From the NCBI RefSeq assembly GCF_009914755.1, contig NC_060928.1: a stretch of DNA of 64,000 nt; one strand, written 5' to 3'. The number at the start of each line of letters is the position of its first letter. The stretch's first letter is position 1. Positions 29,934-45,203 of the stretch are shown one piece after another. The stretch comes from the human T2T-CHM13v2.0 reference genome, Homo sapiens. Under the pieces are notes generated by a model. It ran no database searches and was not told the DNA's origin. It was given only the letters and a program-made list of their open reading frames with translations. The translations under genes were made by a program, and so were the position numbers.

Positions 29934-32387
29934 TCAATCTTACTAACAAGTAGCTGCCTTTCCTCCTGATTTCTGAATATTTTTCAGCCTTCCCTTTAAC
30001 CCTGGTCACAATAGCTTTCTCTCTTTTCTACTCATTACCTTGATTCTCAAGTAATGACACTATCCCCTATATTCATTCACCAACACAACATTTTTGGCTT
30101 ATTCTGACTTCTTCTATCCCAGGGTTATCTATGCTGTTACTTCTCCCGTATAGGAATATTGCCTATTTCAGAGTCTTTGTGCAAAATTAATAGCATTATG
30201 ACTCTTTAACCTTGGACTAATACAATCTCTAGTGACCATTTTGTATGAGAATAGCTGTGATCTGCTCGCAATTTTTGCTGCAGAAATAAAAAATTTTATT
30301 TCTTTTTTTTCCTTCCAGATATTCCCAAGGAGATCATAGATCATTTTATTACTAAAGCTCAACTAACACATTATTTTTATCTCTGACATATGCATTCCAG
30401 AGAAAATGTCTGACTCATTCCACTGGGAATTTACAATTATGGCTTATAAAACACAATCTCTCTATGGTTTTTTTCTTTTCTTCACCTCAGAGATTCCACA
30501 TATTTATTATTTTACTTCTATTGGCCTTTCCTTCTCCTCCTGGCTAATTAGCCAAGCCAGCATTTGAAATCAATACTAGAAGTAACATGTTTTTATCTTC
30601 TCTCATTTTTGCACAGTTTACAGAGGTCTATATTTGTCAGGGTGTGGCTCATGCCTTTCAGTTCTACACACCTCTGCAAGCTCTCTGGAACCAACTCTGC
30701 ACCGTGGTGTCACCCTGAACACTTGTCTCCACCTCCTCCTTCACTACTCTACTCCAGACTTACACCCTTCTCCTCTATTTCCAGGAACTTCCTAAAATTG
30801 CTTCCAGGGCTTCTTTGATGTGTGTCTTTCTGTCTGAGGCATCAGCCATCTTGGCTTCAACCCAGGACACACTAAAATATTCCTATAATGTGGGTATGAT
30901 GAGTTGCCATGCAAATTGAAGTATGCATAACTAAGGCAAAGAAAGAAATTAAGATATTTCAAAAGGTTGTATAATAAACTCTCTTTACTTGGCTTTCTTT
31001 GAGAATTAGAAGAAACATTATAAATTCCTTTGATCATAGTGAATATAATATTAATAAATACTCCCATCTTTAAAGTTGAGTTATTATTTTGAGTACTTAC
31101 AGTAAAGTTTCTCCAATGCCAGCCTAGGAACCCAAGGATTAATATGTAAGCAATGCCGAAATTTATGTGACAAATAAAAGGTGCAAAGAAGTTAATGCAT
31201 TTGAAGCAATAAATTAACATGTAGACAGATGGTATAACGCTCCTGTGAAAATAAAATTCTAAAATTTACACTTCTGTGAAACCAAAATGTGATCATCAGA
31301 GTTCTTTCTAACAAGTCTTATTAGGATGAATTAAACTATACCCTCTGGGTTTACAGATAAATACTAATTAACCTTCATAAAGGGATCAAAAGAAATGGAA
31401 TTGTTCACTGGGCAAGTAGATACCTGCTGATTTTATTTAAGGTATTTGGGGGAAGAAGAATAAGATATTAAATAAAATAATACAATTTTATTTTTATTTA
31501 TCTGGGTCTGTGTGTGTTTTAGCTATGTTCAATTGATTAGATAGATAGATATGTTAATTTTCAGATGTAATGAAGGACAATGTGTGTTTTTTTCTCAGTT
31601 TAATGAAGTAACATAAGTAGGTCCTAAAAAAATCATTTACCTGGTACTCAGATTTAAATGTCACACACAGGCATTCCTTTATTACATTAAGTACTTTGTC
31701 ATTTCTAATTTTAGGTCTAGAAAATTTATCAGCAAGACTGAAAGACAAGTGCCTTGTGAAAAAAAAACACTGTAAACATTTTGTATTAAATATTATTTAA
31801 ATTATAATTACAGAAAACAATCACATTTTCTTCTATGTGTGAATGTTCCAAGTGCAGATGTTCACACTTTAAAAATATGTAATCATTTATTTGCTATTCA
31901 GCTATGTTATTATATTTTCCACAAATCAATGGGAAATATATTTTGATAAAAAACATAGCCAAACTATAAATAGAGTAATTATGATAAATCAAAGATTTAA
32001 AAGACTGGCCCTGTTTTTTTCTCATAGACAACTAACAATTATTAATGAATTAATTTTACTTTTTCCAAAAAAGGCACTTAATTTCTGTTACAAAAAACTT
32101 TGTTCTCCCATTATTTTCAGGATGCGTAATTTTAAAATGAATCCCCAATATTTAAAAGAGATAACAATATGTAAAATTATCTCTTGGTCTCCTCACTATT
32201 ACAGACTCTCAATATGGAAACAAATCCAAATATTTGTATTCAGGAAGCTCAGTAAATAATTGTGGTTACAGTCATAAAACTTTAGTGTGTCATAAAGTTA
32301 TGCTTAATTATCTTTGTTTATATTATAGTCCATCTTTCTACAGACTTTTATTAGGGTGTCTATTTTCCCCTGTAGTAACTTATTAAT

Positions 32388-33310
32388 TTAACAATTATTG
32401 ACTGAGCACCTGTCATATATTAAACAAAGTAATAAAAGAGTCCCATAAACTCCAGAAAATTGCAATCCATAGAAAACTAGAGAAAAATACATGACTAGCT
32501 AGTGTAAAAAGAAAATGGTAACTTTCATGAAAGAGACGTGAGGCAGCACCAGGGAAACACGGAGCACCATATTCCTTACGGCAGGTGGAATCTCAGCCGC
32601 ACATCTTCATGTTCCGCAGGTCAATAAAGATTGTGGAATAAAGAAATAGAAGTAATGACAAATCTAAGGATGCTATCATTGATGAGCACCCACATGTAAT
32701 TTGTTAGAGAAAGAAAAAGTTCCAGGAGAAATACAGAAAACAAGAAGTCAGAGACATTTTAAAAATTGAATGTAATGCTGCAAAAGCTGAAAAGGGAACT
32801 ATTTTTCAAGAAAAGACCTACAGCCAACGGGGTTCTGGACGCTCAGTGAGGCTGCAGATGGGCAGAGGACTGTTGATATTGGGAGAGTTCCCTGGGGACT
32901 TGAGAGAGCAGGTTCAGTACTGTGGTGTGGAGGGGAGGGAGGAGTAAACACTGAGGGAGCAGAGCCAAAGGGTGTGGCATATGCTTTTGAAACTTTCACA
33001 GAGAAATTGGAGACATTTAATGGTACCTTAAGGCGAGAAAAAGGTCAATGGAAGGTTTTTAATATTTGGAAATGAGAAGGCGAATAGCTTAAAGTCATGA
33101 GAAAAGAGAGGCTGTAATAATGAGACTGAAGACGAGAAAGGAAGTGTATGAGATATAGAATTTCCAGAAAGGTAGATGGCACCGAGAATGAGGGATCCTT
33201 GATGTGAAATAGATGGAAAATGGGAGAAGAGGAAAATTTATACAGTTCATTTCAATTGGCATACATCCTTTTAATTAAGCCAAGGCCGTGGCCATCTGCA
33301 GAGAAGGAAA
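32388..33310 (-). mobile_element. L2 LINE fragments
   Basis: ttattgactgagcacctgtc 3' end plus purine-rich L2 antisense-like body; very degenerate. Confidence 0.45.
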
Positions 33311-33479
33311 ATATAAAAGATAACTGAACAATTGTTTTCTACACTGTACCCTTTCTTACTGCTTAACACGCCTCAGTTTCGTTTTGTGAAGTTACCTTAG
33401 CCCCAAGGTGTGTGTGTGTATACTGCAACAAGAAATCTATGTGCCTGCCTCCAATTACAAAAGCTGTAGAGGATAATTC

Positions 33480-33800
33480 GTGCTTCTCACCTCCCAGTAC
33501 ATCCAAGAGGCAGAAATGTGTCCTAAGCTTAGACAGAAAATTTACTCCTGGGACTTTGAACCTTGATGCAAGAATACTATAAGGATGGGAGTCTACACTG
33601 CCTAGCAGCTGTGCCCTGACAGGTTTCTGCCGAAGAATGATTCCCACAGCTCCCAGTTTCTGGCTTCTGGAGCTGGCTTTGTCTTGTCCTCTTCATGTCT
33701 GTTCCTCTATTCTTTTTGCAATGCCATGAGCTTTTAATATCAAGCCACTAAATTTTCTTTTGCTTAAATTAGTCACGAGTGATTTTGTTTCTTTCACCAC
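33480..33800 (+). mobile_element. ancient ERVL-type LTR (LTR33/LTR79-like)
   Basis: ctcctgggactttgaaccttga and 3' taaattttcttttgcttaaattagtc...gtttctttcacca. Confidence 0.5.
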
Positions 33801-35811
33801 TCTCCCCAATTTACACACAAGCGTAACAGACAGAGTTGGAAGACTGATGGGAGAGGAAGCATTTGTAATAGTGATCATGGGATAATTAGAGTCAATTTGA
33901 GGTGATAAAGAATCACTAGTGGCACTGAGAACCCATTTAAACTTAAATGACACAAACAGTTTTATAATGGCCAAGTGTAATGAACTACATGATGACTATT
34001 TTCCACATTTTACTTTTTTATAACAAACTATGATACTTTCCAAAAGTTGGACAGTCGAGATGCTGGTTACTGGTAAAACCACTGAGCATCTCATCCCTAC
34101 AAATACCATCTCATATGCCAACTAAACATGCAGACTAAATTTTCATGTTGCTTATAACATGACGTTTTTCCCAACTCAGCAACCTATAAAATACAGAAGA
34201 TCATTCTAAATCCTTCCTTGGTCCCTTAAATTCTTTTAAGAACAGAAGCCTTGGAAACAAAAATATTACTTTTGTTATTAAGTGCAAATGGTATGGTGGA
34301 TCACCTATCTTTGAGAGCTATGATTTCCCTTTGGTAGACTAACCCTTGATGTAAATCTTGTCTTGGTAATTAAAAAGCAAGCAAGAAGAAATCCAGAAAC
34401 TGTAAAAAATAAAATAAAATAAGAAAAGTAAAAGCAAGCACTGGTTTTATTTCTAACCACTTGCTTGACTGGATAAGTCAGATAACCTTTTTTGTCACTT
34501 ACTTTCTTCACCCGTAAATTGAGAACGTTAGACAAAATTTTAATGCAGCTCAAACCTTCTAGAATCTGCACTGTGATTCCTCTATGTAGTTTGATTCCCA
34601 TATGGTACTCAGATCTAAAAATAGTATTACTGTGGGTAGAAACCTAAGAGGAGTGTGGTGACAATCCCATGAGTTTCAGATGAGCAGTTTCATGAAGTAG
34701 CTCATATTAGATTTCCAGAATACTGACCCCCTACCAGACTGTGCTAGAGGAGTAATAATATGACTCATGCAATGGCCAAAGTCATAATTAAAATTCATTA
34801 AATGCATTAGATTTAAAGTAATAAGGAAGTTTTAAAAACCAAAATTAGACTTTGCATTTTACTAACATATACTGTACTTTTTGTCCTCAATTTCTGGAGA
34901 GAAAATATGCCACTCTATCTATTTTCAGTTTTTACTTCTGTTTTTGGAGGAGATACATTTCTTTCTGGAAGCTGTCTTTTGAGTTCCATGGTAACCGCAT
35001 CCTTCCAGTCAAATCTGTCCTGTGGGATGCGCAATTTAAGACATTTGAAAATGCCACCTAAGAAGATCACACTAAAGAGACCTGAAAGGGTATGCTTTAA
35101 CATGAAAGTGGGAAAATTTCTCAGTGTTAGTCCAAATGAAATGCCAAGAATGAGGAGGAGAAACAGGATTCAACCAATCCAGCAATTTTTGCCATTGCTC
35201 CGAACAACCCGAGTCTTTTTTAAATTTTTTTCCTGGCTACTTTCTCACCATTAAGTCACAGTCTAGTATTTGTCCCTCATCTGGTTCTCTGTATTGAGGC
35301 TAGAAAACACAAAGGCCAGAAACAACAAGATTATAGCTAAGAGATAAGAAGGGTCAAGAGACTGGTGACACTGTCGTAACAGACAGGATTCTGCATAAAC
35401 AGAGTGTGCCTCAAAGTCCATGCGGTCACTTATCCCTCCTCTGGCAGAAACCAGCTCCCCAGCTTTGGAGGCTCTGGAAACATAATTGGAAGAAATACAC
35501 CTGATGATTCCCTGCCATCAGGGAAATGAAAGTCAGAGGATGTCCAGTGGTGAGGTTCAATAGGGAAGTGACATTTGTCCTGAGGTGAATGCAGACAGCA
35601 GATTCATGTGTGGGCACAGTGTGGCACAATCCTCTGCACCTGATTCCAGGGATGAAGTTTTGTCCCTGCCTCAGTGGTAGGCAAGAAGCAAGGGACAGCA
35701 AATCTGAGTCATTTTTATATGACTATCTAAATAAAAGTAATTCTAGATGTACAAGGACAGCAAGTCTGTTACAGTGTTCTAGACTCAAAGCAAGCAAAGG
35801 CAGTTAAGCAT

Positions 35812-38124
35812 AGTATTAGTCCATTCTCACCCTGCTATGAAGAAATACCCAAGACTAGGTAATTTATAAATGAAAGAGGTTTAATTGACTCACAGTTCTT
35901 CATGGCTGGCGAGGCCTCAAGAAACTTATAATCATGGTGGAAGGCACCTCTTCACAGGGCAGCAGGAGAGAGAATTAGTCTTGAGTGAAAGGGGAAGACC
36001 CTTATAAAACCATCAAATGTTGTGAGAACTCATTCACACATCAGAACAGCATGGGGGAAACCATCTCCATGATTCAGTTATCTCCACCTGGTCCCACCCT
36101 TGACACATGGAGATTATTACAATTCAAGGTGAGATTTGGGTGGGGACACAGAGCCAAACCATATCATTCTGCCCCGGCCCCTCCCAAATCTTATGTCCTC
36201 ACATTTCAAAACACAACCATGCCCTTCCAATAATCCCCTAAATTGTTAACTCATTCCAGAATTAACTCAAAAGTCAAAATCCAAAGTCTCCTCTACGACA
36301 AGGCAAGTCCCTTCCACCTATGAGCCTGTAAAATCAAAGCAAGTTAGTTACTTCCTAGATACAATGGGGTAAAGGCACTGGTAAAAACACTCACTCGAAA
36401 TGGGAGAAATTGGCCAAAAAAGGGGGCTACAGGCCCCAGCAAGTCCAAAATCCAACAGGGCAGTCAAATATTAAAGCTCTGAAATGATCTCCTTTGACTC
36501 CATGTCTCCCATCCACATCACACTGGTGCAAGAGGTGGGCTCCCACAACCTTGGCAGCTCTGCCCCTGTAGCTTTGCAGGGTACAGCCTCCCTCCTGGCT
36601 GTTTTCATGGCCTGGTATTGAATGTCTACAGCTTTTCCAGGTACATGGTACAAGCCGTCAGTGGATCTACCATTCTGGGGTCTGGAGGATAGTGGCCCTC
36701 TTCTCACAGATCCACTAGTCAGTGCCCCAGTGGAGACTCCATGTCGGGGCTCTGATCCCACATTTCCTTTCCAAATTGCCCTAGCAGAGGTTCTCTGTGA
36801 GTGCCCCACCCCTGTAGCAGACATCTGCTTAGATACCCAGACATTTCCATACATTCTCTGAAATCGAGGTGGAGGTTCCCAAACCTCAATTCTTGACTTC
36901 TATGCAACCACAGGCCCAACACCACATGTAAGCTGCCAAGGCTTGGGGCTTTCAACTTCTGAAGCAATGACCTGAGTGGTATCTTGGCCTCTTTTAGCCA
37001 CAGCTGGGACAGGGCACCAGGTCCCAAGACTGCACAAAGCAACAAGGTCCTGGGCCTGGCTCAAAAGATCATTTTTTCCTCATAGGCCTCTGGGCCTATG
37101 ATGGGATGGGCTGCCTTGAAGGTTTCTGACATGCCCTGGGAGCATTTTCCCCATGGTCTGGGTGGTTAACATTTGTCTCCTCATTACTTGTGCAAATTTC
37201 TGCAGCCACCTTGAATTTCTCCTCAGAAAATGGGTTTTTCTTTCCTATCACATCACCAGGCAGCAAATTTTCCAAACTTTTATGCTTTGCTTCCCTTTTA
37301 AATGTAAGTTTCAATTCCAAACCATATCTTTGTGATTACAAAAAGCTGAATGCTTTTAACAGCACCCAAGTCACCCCTTGAATGCTTTGCTGCTTAGAAA
37401 TTTCTTCTGCCAGATACTCTAAATCATCTCTCTGAAGTTCAAATTGCCATAGATCTATAGGACAGGGGCAAAATGCTGACAGTCTTTTGCTAAAGCATAG
37501 CAAGAGACACCTTTATTCCAGTTCCCAACAAATTTCTCATCTCCATCTGAGGCCCCCTCAGTCTGAATTTCATTGCCCATATCATTATTAGCATTTTGGT
37601 CAAAGCCATTCACCAAGTCTCTAGGAGGTAGCAAACTTTCCTATGTCTTCCTGTTTTCTTCTGACCACTTCAAACTGTTCCAACCTCTGCCTGTTGTCCG
37701 GTTCCAAAGTTGCTTCCACATTTTCAGGTAACTTCACAGCAGCACCCCACTCCTGGTGCCAATTTACTGTATTAGTCCCTTCTCATACTGCTATGAACAA
37801 ATGCCCAAGACTGTGTAATTTATAAATAACAGACATGTAATTGACTCACAGTTCCTCATGGAGGGGGAGGCCTCAGGAAACTTACAATCATGGTGGTAGC
37901 TAACTCTTCACAGGGCGGCAGGAGAGAGAATGAGTGTCAAGTGAAAGGGGAAGCACCTCATAAAAGTATCAGATCTCATGAGAACTCATTCACTATCATG
38001 AGAACAGTATGGCGGAAACTGTCCCCATAATTCAATTATCTCCACCTGTTCCCACCCTTGACACATGAGGATTATTACAATTCAAGGTGAGATTTAATTG
38101 AGGACACAGAACCAAACCATATCA
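35812..38124 (-). mobile_element. full-length THE1 (C/D-like) MaLR: LTRs 35812-36166 and 37768-38124, internal region 36167-37767
   Basis: two direct LTRs of about 355 bp ending aaaccatatca; 1.6-kb internal region; polypurine tract next to the 3' LTR; 5-bp TSD agcat/agcac. Confidence 0.97.
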
Positions 38125-38380
38125 AGCACCTTTATATAGCAACATCAAAATAGTAGGCAAAATGGCCTTCTTCCCTCCACTAATTATTATGTAGTAGACA
38201 TGGATATTTTTTCTAAATATTTTAGTATATTATTTGGTTAGAAAAGAATGTTATGCTATTATTGAATGTTTGAGAAAACAATAATAATAAAATAATATTG
38301 AAAAAGCCCATTTAAACACCCACCAAGTTAAGCAAGAATCAACACATAATTTGCAATCAAAAGCATTTTAAAAAACAGGG

Positions 38381-40452
<2,072 letters not shown>

Positions 40453-41109
40453 TTTAAAAAAGGGGAGAAATTGATTAGAATGATTTTCATATAATTGTTT
40501 AGATTAATTATTTGTTATGCATTTGTTTGTCCATAGTTTATTATCATTGTAATCAATTAATCAATTTTAGCTATTTCCACTGTTTCCATTTAATATAAGT
40601 CAAGAAAGACATAATTGTTTTCCATTGTGCCTGAGGTAGCGTGCCTCTAAAAATATCAATTACTATTTTTAGTCACATAAATTTTCTTCAATATTTTCTG
40701 TAAGCTCTAATATGTACTTATTAAAATATTTAATGGTAGCTGACAGAGCTAGTAATTTAATGCACAAGTGAGCAATAAAATTATTTTATGCTGTTGGATG
40801 ATTAAGAAAACTGTCAGTAAGGAATAAGTCTTCAATAATAATATATTAAATTATAATACCTTATTTCCTACTAAATAAAAATGGAAATCATCTTTTTTGT
40901 ACTATTTCAGATTTTTCACAAATAATTTATTCTTCCATTACAGCTAAGAAAATTTCTATATGGACCTGGACTACCATTTTTAAGAAATGTTTAAATGTTT
41001 AACTTTCCCTTTATTTATTTTATCCTATTTTTCAAGTCAGATGTTTTACCTTACTTTAGTTTTCGTCTTTCATACATTTAAAAAATATTCATATATATAT
41101 AGTATAAAC

Positions 41110-41640
41110 CAGGTGCTATGCCAGACATGTAAAAAACTGTAGGGAACAAGACCAAAAAGAATTTACAGGTGGTAAGAAAATAAATCTTTCAAACAAAAAT
41201 ATTTTGATAAAAGGTGATAAGGGGTGTGTGGAAAACACAGTGGTAATACAGATGAGGTAAGCAGTGATTAATCTTCCAGTGAGAAAACTCAAGAAAATTA
41301 TTGAACAGGAACAAATAAGAATAAGGTCTTGGAAAAATTGATAGAAATTCACCAAGCAGTCAAGATGATAAAGGCATTCTAAGTAGCAGGAATAATTGAT
41401 GTAAATTTTTAAAACTCATGAAATTGAATGGCATCATCAAAAATAGAAAAAAGAATTCATTTCTTTAGACACACTAAAGTACAATGGAGAGAAGAGTAGC
41501 TCACATGGCTGAAATAAGAGCCAAATATTTGACCACAGAGTCTGCAGTACCCTAAGGAATTTATCTTACTTCTTGATGGAAGTAAGCTAATGGGAAACTA
41601 CTAGATTGAAACACAGGTAATTAACCCAATTTGCTTTGTA
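41110..41640 (-). mobile_element. L2 LINE fragment
   Basis: ggcattctaagtagcaggaataattgatgtaaa; ctaaggaatttatcttacttc...aatgggaaacta. Confidence 0.5.
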
Positions 41641-41700
41641 ACATACTGGTTTGAGATTGCTTCTTCTGAAAATATGCACATGTAAGCTACTGCTCTAGAC

Positions 41701-43395
<1,695 letters not shown>

Positions 43396-43399
43396 TAGC

Positions 43400-44335
43400 C
43401 AATACTAAGTGCTGGTGAGAATATAGAGCAACTGGAACTCTCATGCAAATCTTATGATTAGCAATTCCGCTCTATAGGAAGATATCTTTCAGAATGTACA
43501 TATGTATGTGCATCAAAAGTGTTCAAAGTAGCACTCTTTATAGTATTCAAAACCTGAACACAACACAGCCATTAATGAGAGAATGAAAAATAAATTGTGG
43601 TATAACCATGGAGTGAAATACTACAAAATGATGATCATTACTGAACCAGAACTACCTGTAACAAAATGGATGAGTCTCACAAGGATTATGTTAAGTGATG
43701 GAAACCAGACACAGCGAGTACACACTTTACATTTATAAAAGGTTCAAAAACAGACAAAAGTAATTGATGCAGATAGGAATAGATAGTGTTTAAATTAAGG
43801 AGGATGGGCTGGGATGTCTATGAGGGACACCTCTTGCTGGATGATCTCTTGAGCCCAGGAATTGGAGACCAACTTGGATAACATAGTGAGACCCCATTTC
43901 TACAAAATATTTTAAAAATTATCCAGGTGTGGTGGAGCACACCTGTAGTCTCAGTTACTTGGGAGGCTGAGGTGGGCAGATGGCTTGAGCCTGAGAGGGC
44001 AAGGCTGCAATGATGCATGATTGAACCATTGAACTCCAGCCTAGGTGACAGAGGAACACTCTGTCTCAAAAAAGAAAAGAATTACTTAATCTAGTAATCC
44101 CACTCCTTGGTATATATCCAAAATAATTGAAAGCTGAATCTCTAAAAGACATTTGCATCACCATGTTCATTGTAGCAGTTGCTTATAAAATTCTAGTCTT
44201 AATCGGGGTGGTGGTTACATGGATGTGTTCAAATGGTGAAAACTAATTGGTCTGTAATTATTACACTTAGGATTTGCACATTTTAGATATGTATGTTTTG
44301 AGTTTTACTGTTTTTTAACAGTCTTAATAAATCTA
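43400..44335 (+). mobile_element. L1ME-like 3' end interrupted by an Alu+L1 fragment
   Basis: gcaactggaactctcat; ataaaaggttcaaaaacagacaaaa; ggtggtggttacatgg. Confidence 0.75.
43839..44080 (+). mobile_element. 5'-truncated AluJ
   Basis: gatctcttgagcccaggaattggagaccaacttggataacatagtgagaccc; ggcaaggctgcaatga. Confidence 0.9.
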
Positions 44336-45157
44336 TGAAACAGCAATTTACACAGACCACATAAGAAATTTAAGGGAGTTGAAAGATCTGAGGAAATCAC
44401 TCAGAATACAGCATGAAAAGATAAAACGTAAAATAAAAAACAGCATTAAGAGACATGGAGGTCAGAATAAAGAGATTCTATATATAGCTAGCAGAAGTTC
44501 CAAAATGAGAAAATGTAGAGGCTGAGTGAAGGCAATATCAAAAGGAATAAAAGCTTAGACTTTCACCTGTCTAATAAAACACACTGTCTCAGATGCAGGA
44601 AGAACAGTCTACCAGTAACAGGGTGAATAAAAGGGTTTCTACAACTGTACTCGTTATAGGAAATTACTAGATATCAAAACGACCTTAAAAGCAACTAAAG
44701 AAAAAATTCACAGTATCCATAAGAGCATTATAATTAGACTGAAAGAAGACTTACAAAGCAGCAATGTAATCCAACAGAAAGTGACATAATGTCTGTAAAA
44801 TGTTGGGAGAAAATAACTGTCAAGCTAGAACCTTAAAGCAGGCTAAATTGCCTTTCAAGAAAGAGTGTGAAACATTTATAGACTAACCAACCCTGAAGGA
44901 GTTCCTAACTCACAGAACCTTACTGAAATAACTACACAAGTATGATGAAGTCACTGAACCAAAAGGTCCTTCTACGGTCCAGAATCAAATGGAGATATTG
45001 ATTAAATTAAGACTGCGTCACATCATTTGTGCATGTTAAAAATGTAAAGGTATAAGAACTTCATATAATAAAAAGACAAAAAGAGAGTTAAAAACATTTG
45101 ATCAACGAAATACAACAGAGAAAAAAAAAGAGGAAAATGGTAAAGGTAAAACTCAGT

Positions 45158-45160
<3 letters not shown>

Positions 45161-45201
<41 letters not shown>

Positions 45202-45203
45202 AC
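45161..45203. repeat. (CA)17 AA (CA)3 microsatellite
   Basis: read directly. Confidence 0.98.

Noticed and set aside
30792-35254. ORFs of 115-142 aa (30792-31220, 31891-32259, 34907-35254)
   Set aside because: No recognisable homology or coherent exon chain; lengths compatible with chance
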